Source: Novakomyces olei (taxonomy: Eukaryota). Taken from it: a DNA stretch of 64,000 nt. Below, in pieces: positions 58,875 through 64,000 of this stretch. Location of the stretch: the NCBI GenBank assembly GCA_016906335.1, contig JADEYG010000015.1, positions 744,001 to 808,000 of the forward strand, read 5' to 3'. The position numbers and the translations under genes are program-made. The notes beneath the pieces are model-generated. The model saw nothing but the letters and a program-made list of their open reading frames with translations, had not been told where the DNA came from and ran no database searches. The stretch's first letter is position 1. Each line of letters opens with the position of its first letter.

Positions 58875-61800
58875 ATGGCCAACCGTGTGATGCTGAATGG
58901 TCGCTCGGCCATGGACGGCGACGTTTACGGTGAAAGTGTGGAGTATGTGGAAAGTGTGGTTCCCGATGGCGAAGAGGCAGCTGGTGCGGAAGACGAACCG
59001 ATGCCTGGTCGACGGTCTCTTGCTGGGCAGTACACTGCGCCAAAAGACGCTATGCAGGAATTTGCAGACGCAGAAGAAGATCCTATGCAGGGCAGCTTAA
59101 ACTCACGGCAGATCCAGAGCCGAGAAACCGATTACCAGAGACGTCGGTTTGACAGGGGCGCTGGTCAAATGCGACGCGATCTCGGTGGCGATGGGTCTGA
59201 GGGCAAAACCTACGCTGAGGTCATGGCAGAGCAAGAGCTGAGTCGTGAGGAGGCGCGTGTAGCTGAAGAGATCAAGAAAAAAGAGGAGGAGAGTAAAGAG
59301 ATGAGAAGAGAGGGTAGAGCAGAGACAAAAGCAGAAATAAAAAAGGAAGAACAAAGCAGTAGTGAGCTGCGGCCACGTCGACGCCGGTTTGACGTTAAGC
59401 CAGAGCAGGCAGATGGAAGTGTACCCGAGAAAATCGCCGAGAAAATCGGGCAAGAACCGACTCGTGCTGTGAAGCGTTCACGATGGGACGAAGCGCCGGC
59501 AGTGGAAAAGGCTCCGGCAAAGCGATCACGATGGGATCGAGCGGGTGCTCTTGAGGATGGAGAAAAGCCACAACGGTCAGGTGAGAAAGTAGAAGCTGCA
59601 GAGCCTCAAGGCGGTATGGCGGAGAACGATCTACGAGTCGGGACTCTATCCGACGCAGAACTAAACGAGATCCTTCCGTCTGCCGGCTTCACTATTGTAG
59701 AGCCGCCTGCAGGTTATGTGCCGCAGAGGACAAAGAGACGCCAGGCTCCTGTGCTGGACGACGAGCAGCCAACTGGCTACGTCATGCCAGAGGAGAACAC
59801 GTCTTTGGCTAAGCAGTTGGGTGCGGAGCTGCCTACAGACATTCCCGGCGTGGGTGATTTGGCGTTTTTCAAGCAGGAAGATATGAAGTTTTTTGGTAAA
59901 CTGCTTGATTCTACACCTGAGGAGGATCTCGCGCTGGAAGAGCTGCGGGAGCGCAAGATTATGCGACTAATACTCAAAGTAAAGAATGGGACACCGCCCA
60001 TGCGTAAATCAGCTCTGCGACAAATCACTGACGCTGCTCGCCAGTTTGGCGCGGGTCCATTGTTTAATCAAATCCTGCCGCTGCTAATGGAGCGGACTCT
60101 GGAGGACCAAGAGCGCCATTTACTTGTCAAAATTATTGATCGATGTCTTTACAAGCTGGATGACTTGGTGCGGCCTTATGTCCACAAGATTCTAGTGGTA
60201 ATTGAGCCGCTTTTGATTGATGAAGATTACTATGCACGCGCAGAGGGACGGGAGATTATTTCTAATTTGTCCAAGGCAGCCGGATTAGCGTGCATGATTT
60301 CCACAATGCGACCTGATATTGATCATGCCGATGAGTATGTGCGTAATACTACAGCTAGAGCATTTGCCGTGGTCGCTAGTGCCCTCGGTGTTCCCGCGCT
60401 GTTGCAGTTTTTAAAGGCTGTTTGCCGGAGCAAAAAATCGTGGCAAGCTAGGCACACGGGTGTAAGGATAGTGCAGCAAATCGCTATTCTCATGGGCTGT
60501 GGTATCCTTCCACACCTGAAAAGCCTTGTGGATTGTATAGCACCAAACTTGGAGGATGAGCAGCAAAAAGTTCGTACAATTACAGCGCTAGCACTGGCGG
60601 CCTTGGCAGAGGCAGCTGCTCCCTATGGCATCGAGTCCTTTGACAGTGTACTGGAGACCCTGTGGAAGGGTGTCAAGCGGCACCGTGGAAAAGGGTTGGC
60701 TGCTTTTTTGAAGGCTACCGGGTTCATTATTCCGTTGATGGACCCAGATTATGCTGCGGGTTTCACAAAGCGGATAATGGACGTTTTACGGCGAGAGTTT
60801 ACCTCGCCGGACGAGGAAATGAAGAAAATTGTTCTTAAAGTCGTGAGCCAGTGCAGTGCAACAGAGGGTGTTGAGCCCAAATTTCTAAGGACAGAAGTTA
60901 TGCCTGATTTTTTCAAGAATTTCTGGGTTCGACGAATGGCACTGGATCGTCGCAACTACAGGCAAGTTGTGGAAACAACGGTTGAACTGGCACAAAAAGT
61001 CGGAGTGCAGTTAATTGTGGGTACAATTGTGCAAAACCTCAAGGACGAGAGCGAACCCTACCGCAAAATGACAGTGGAGACAATCGGCAAGGCAATTACG
61101 TCTCTCGGAGCTGCCGATATTGATGAGCGGCTGGAGGAGAGACTGATTGATGGAATTCTGTTTGCTTTCCAGGAACAGTCGGTAGAGGATATTGCTTTGC
61201 TTGATGGCTTTGGTATTGTAGTAAACGCCTTTGGCTTACGGTGCAAGCCGTACCTGCCGCAGATTGTGTCCACAATTTTATGGCGCTTAAACAACAAGTC
61301 GGCTAAAGTACGGCAGCAGTCGGCCGACTTGATCTCGCGCATTGCTGTTGTGCTGGCGGCCTGCGGTGAAGAACAGCTCTTGGGCAAACTGGGAATTGTG
61401 CTCTACGAGTATTTGGGCGAAGAGTACCCAGAAGTGTTGGGTTCAATACTGGGTGCCCTGCGTGCTGTAGTGGCCGTGGTGGGTATGGGAAACATGCAGC
61501 CCTCTATCAAAGACCTGCTGCCCCGTTTAACGCCTATTCTGCGCAACAGGCACGAAAAAGTACAGGAGAACACGATTGATCTGGTGGGCCGTATCGCTGA
61601 TCGGGGTCCGGAGTACGTGTCTGCCCGGGAGTGGATGCGTATCTGTTTTGAGCTGTTGGACATGCTGAGAGCGCATAAAAAAGGCATCAGACGGGCAGCA
61701 GTGAACACTTTTGGCTACATTGCTCAGGCGATTGGTCCACAGGACGTTTTAGCCCTACTTTTGAACAACCTTAAAGTCCAGGAAAGGCAGAACCGGGTTT

Positions 61801-62384
61801 GCACTACTGTTGCTATAGCAATTGTAGCGGAAACGTGTGCCCCCTTCACCGTAGTACCGGCGCTAATGGCGGACTACAGAACGCCCGAGATTAATGTACA
61901 GAATGGTGTACTGAAATCGCTCTCCTTTATGTTTGAGTACATTGGTGAACTCGGGCGGGACTACGTTTATGCAGTTGCACCATTGCTGGAGGACGCTTTG
62001 ACCGACCGGGACCAGGTTCATCGGCAGACTGCTGCCAGTGTGGTAAAGCACATGTCTCTCGGCTCAGCGGGCCTTGATCTGGAAGATGCAATGCAGCACC
62101 TACTCAATATGGTCTGGCCCAACATCCTCGAGGAGTCGCCCCACGTTATCAATGCTGTGCGCGAAGCGATTGACGGTATACGCAACTGTGTGGGTGTGGC
62201 TGTCGTCCTCAATTACTTGCTGCAAGGCCTTTTCCATCCGAGCCGAAAGGTTCGGCATTCGTACTGGATGGTCTACAACAATGCGTATGTGCAGCATGCG
62301 GACGCAATGGTCCCCTACTACCCAACTGTGCCGGACGACGACAAGAATCAGTGGGTGCGGCACGATATGTACATGGTTTTGTGA
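58875..62384 (+). CDS. HSH155: U2 snRNP SF3B1 (Hsh155/Prp10)
   Basis: SRWD ULM motifs, [16 protein letters not shown] repeats ([37 protein letters not shown]). Confidence 0.97.
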   Translation: MANRVMLNGRSAMDGDVYGESVEYVESVVPDGEEAAGAEDEPMPGRRSLAGQYTAPKDAMQEFADAEEDPMQGSLNSRQIQSRETDYQRRRFDRGAGQMRRDLGGDGSEGKTYAEVMAEQELSREEARVAEEIKKKEEESKEMRREGRAETKAEIKKEEQSSSELRPRRRRFDVKPEQADGSVPEKIAEKIGQEPTRAVKRSRWDEAPAVEKAPAKRSRWDRAGALEDGEKPQRSGEKVEAAEPQGGMAENDLRVGTLSDAELNEILPSAGFTIVEPPAGYVPQRTKRRQAPVLDDEQPTGYVMPEENTSLAKQLGAELPTDIPGVGDLAFFKQEDMKFFGKLLDSTPEEDLALEELRERKIMRLILKVKNGTPPMRKSALRQITDAARQFGAGPLFNQILPLLMERTLEDQERHLLVKIIDRCLYKLDDLVRPYVHKILVVIEPLLIDEDYYARAEGREIISNLSKAAGLACMISTMRPDIDHADEYVRNTTARAFAVVASALGVPALLQFLKAVCRSKKSWQARHTGVRIVQQIAILMGCGILPHLKSLVDCIAPNLEDEQQKVRTITALALAALAEAAAPYGIESFDSVLETLWKGVKRHRGKGLAAFLKATGFIIPLMDPDYAAGFTKRIMDVLRREFTSPDEEMKKIVLKVVSQCSATEGVEPKFLRTEVMPDFFKNFWVRRMALDRRNYRQVVETTVELAQKVGVQLIVGTIVQNLKDESEPYRKMTVETIGKAITSLGAADIDERLEERLIDGILFAFQEQSVEDIALLDGFGIVVNAFGLRCKPYLPQIVSTILWRLNNKSAKVRQQSADLISRIAVVLAACGEEQLLGKLGIVLYEYLGEEYPEVLGSILGALRAVVAVVGMGNMQPSIKDLLPRLTPILRNRHEKVQENTIDLVGRIADRGPEYVSAREWMRICFELLDMLRAHKKGIRRAAVNTFGYIAQAIGPQDVLALLLNNLKVQERQNRVCTTVAIAIVAETCAPFTVVPALMADYRTPEINVQNGVLKSLSFMFEYIGELGRDYVYAVAPLLEDALTDRDQVHRQTAASVVKHMSLGSAGLDLEDAMQHLLNMVWPNILEESPHVINAVREAIDGIRNCVGVAVVLNYLLQGLFHPSRKVRHSYWMVYNNAYVQHADAMVPYYPTVPDDDKNQWVRHDMYMVL

Positions 62385-62467
62385 GGTCCGCGTAGACTGT
62401 GCCGTCGTAGGATGTGTGGGTCATATGGACGGTGGTGGATCTGCTAATAGTGAATTAATAGCAGTAA

Positions 62468-62591
62468 ATAGCAATAGCAATAGCAATAGCAATAGCAATA
62501 GCAATAGCAATAGCAATAGCAATAGCAATAGCAATAGCAATAGCAATAGCAATAGCAATAGCAATAGCAATAGCAATAGCAATAGCAATAG
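62468..62591. repeat. (AATAGC)n microsatellite, about 20 copies
   Basis: Visible downstream of SF3B1. Confidence 0.95.
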
Positions 62592-62876
62592 AATTTATTG
62601 TATAGTAGTAGAATTGTATAGTAGAAAAATGCAGTAAACATATGAAAGTCTTGTCCACAAGTCTTGTCCGTATACTGCACAATAGCTTACTTGTGCATCC
62701 GCCGCTTTCTGGCGGAGCACCCACATATCTTACGCTATGGCCCAAGTAGTATTACCGTTAAATGGAACACGATCTCAAACCCCAATAATATCGAATAAAT
62801 ATATCGAGAAAATAGATGTGTCGGTGCTCAGGACTCTTTAATCTTTTATTTACTCCATCTCACGAAAAGTATCGCA

Positions 62877-63912
62877 ATGTCTACTTCGCCGGCTGCCGAC
62901 AAGAGCACAGAAAAGCAGGAAGCGCCTGCTGCGCAACAAGACGCAAAAGAGACGCGTGAAGAAGTTGCCTCCGCCGGCGAAAATGGATCGCCGACAAAGG
63001 GCGACGGCGATGCGACGCCAGAGCCGACGGCAAATGGGAAACCTCTAAAGAAGGGGGTCGCAAGGTCCAACAGAAAATCGATCGGCGGCGCCAGTGAGCA
63101 GGCGCAAAAAAATTTTGAGCCTGGCGCTGTGGTCCTGTGCAAGATGTCTGGCCATTCACCGTAAGCTTGATCTGTTAAATTTATACATTATTTTTCTCTA
63201 CACTGATTTCAAATTTGGGCTGAATCGCGCTAACGGATATGACAGATGGCCAGCAATGGTATATTGTCGCTCGTGCTTGCAGCAACAAGGCTCTAACGTT
63301 TGTTTAGGTTATGACGGAAGACCTCTTGTCCCCAGAGGCTATTGACGCAAAGAGAAAGAACGCTTTGCCCGTCATGTTTTTTCCTGACAGATCCTAGTAA
63401 GTTTCGTTGCCCCCCTGAATCTCTTATTTGCTCTTTTTATTTAATTAATTAATTATTTGTTTTTATTTATTTATTTGTTTATTTATTTTTATTTTATGCA
63501 AGTGATGCCCCTATATTTTTGATGGATCGTACTGGGTATGGAAGCATGCGTGAATGCTTTAATTACAATGAAAGATTGAGTACTCAAGCGTACAATGAGG
63601 GAGGCTCATAAATTGGTTTACGACAATTGGCGGTTCAAGGGACGATTGATGGATTTTCTCTTTTATTGGTCTTTATTTTGATACTTTTCAATGTAATCGG
63701 TAGCAAGCTGACCACGCAGTGCTTGGCTGCCGCCTAAAAGCATCAAGCTGCTCTCGCGTCAAGACATCCAAAAGTACTTGGATAAGGCGAACCCCAAGAA
63801 AGAGATCACTTTGGGTTACCAAGCGCTCTTGGACCCGCCAAGCCTTGAAAGCTTAAAGTATGTAGAGCCGGAAGAGCAGCTGGTGGAGGACGCAGACATG
63901 GAAGAAGCACCG

Positions 63913-63946
<34 letters not shown>

Positions 63947-64000
63947 CTGCTGAGCCTGAGGATGAAGCCGATGTTGACGAAGCTGAAGATGAGACTCCTC
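62877..64000 (+). CDS. PWWP-domain chromatin protein (Pdp3-like), partial
   Basis: FEPGAVVLCKMSGHSP|WPAM|VMTEDLL..PVMFFPDRSY|AW; introns 63161-63245, 63259-63307, 63397-63719 with a 13-nt micro-exon; acidic tract open at the window end. Confidence 0.85.

Overview
Gene-dense 64-kb segment of an ascomycete nuclear genome. It is most consistent with an early-diverging, Taphrinomycotina-like lineage (inference from an S. pombe-like eRF3 N-terminus without a Q/N domain and from many short introns with the branch point close to the acceptor). I can build about 23 protein-coding genes by hand, with about 30 spliceosomal introns: GH18 chitinase (partial), SUP35, YRB30-like, GPI-anchored aspartyl protease, RMI1, CLIP-170/Tip1, Pir-like wall protein, RIT1, ISA1, REX3, MCH1-like MFS, GNAT, BRR2, ZWF1, SNT2, ENV7/STK16, TPT-family transporter, an orphan secreted protein, MPE1, BNA4, a WrbA/Pst2/Ycp4 flavodoxin-like protein, CPA2, ERV46, SF3B1 and a partial PWWP gene. 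Most intergenic spaces carry their own AT-rich tandem repeat, and similar repeats have entered coding sequence, notably BRR2. No tRNA, rRNA, CRISPR array or intact transposon was seen. The strongest find is in the flavodoxin-like quinone reductase. Its stop is TAA followed by CTA, a read-through-type context. Behind it lie 65 open in-frame codons ending GPCGLPKG-CSIS*, a CaaX prenylation box with an upstream Cys. This suggests one gene yields both a soluble Pst2-like and a lipid-anchored Ycp4-like enzyme by bypassing the stop codon.
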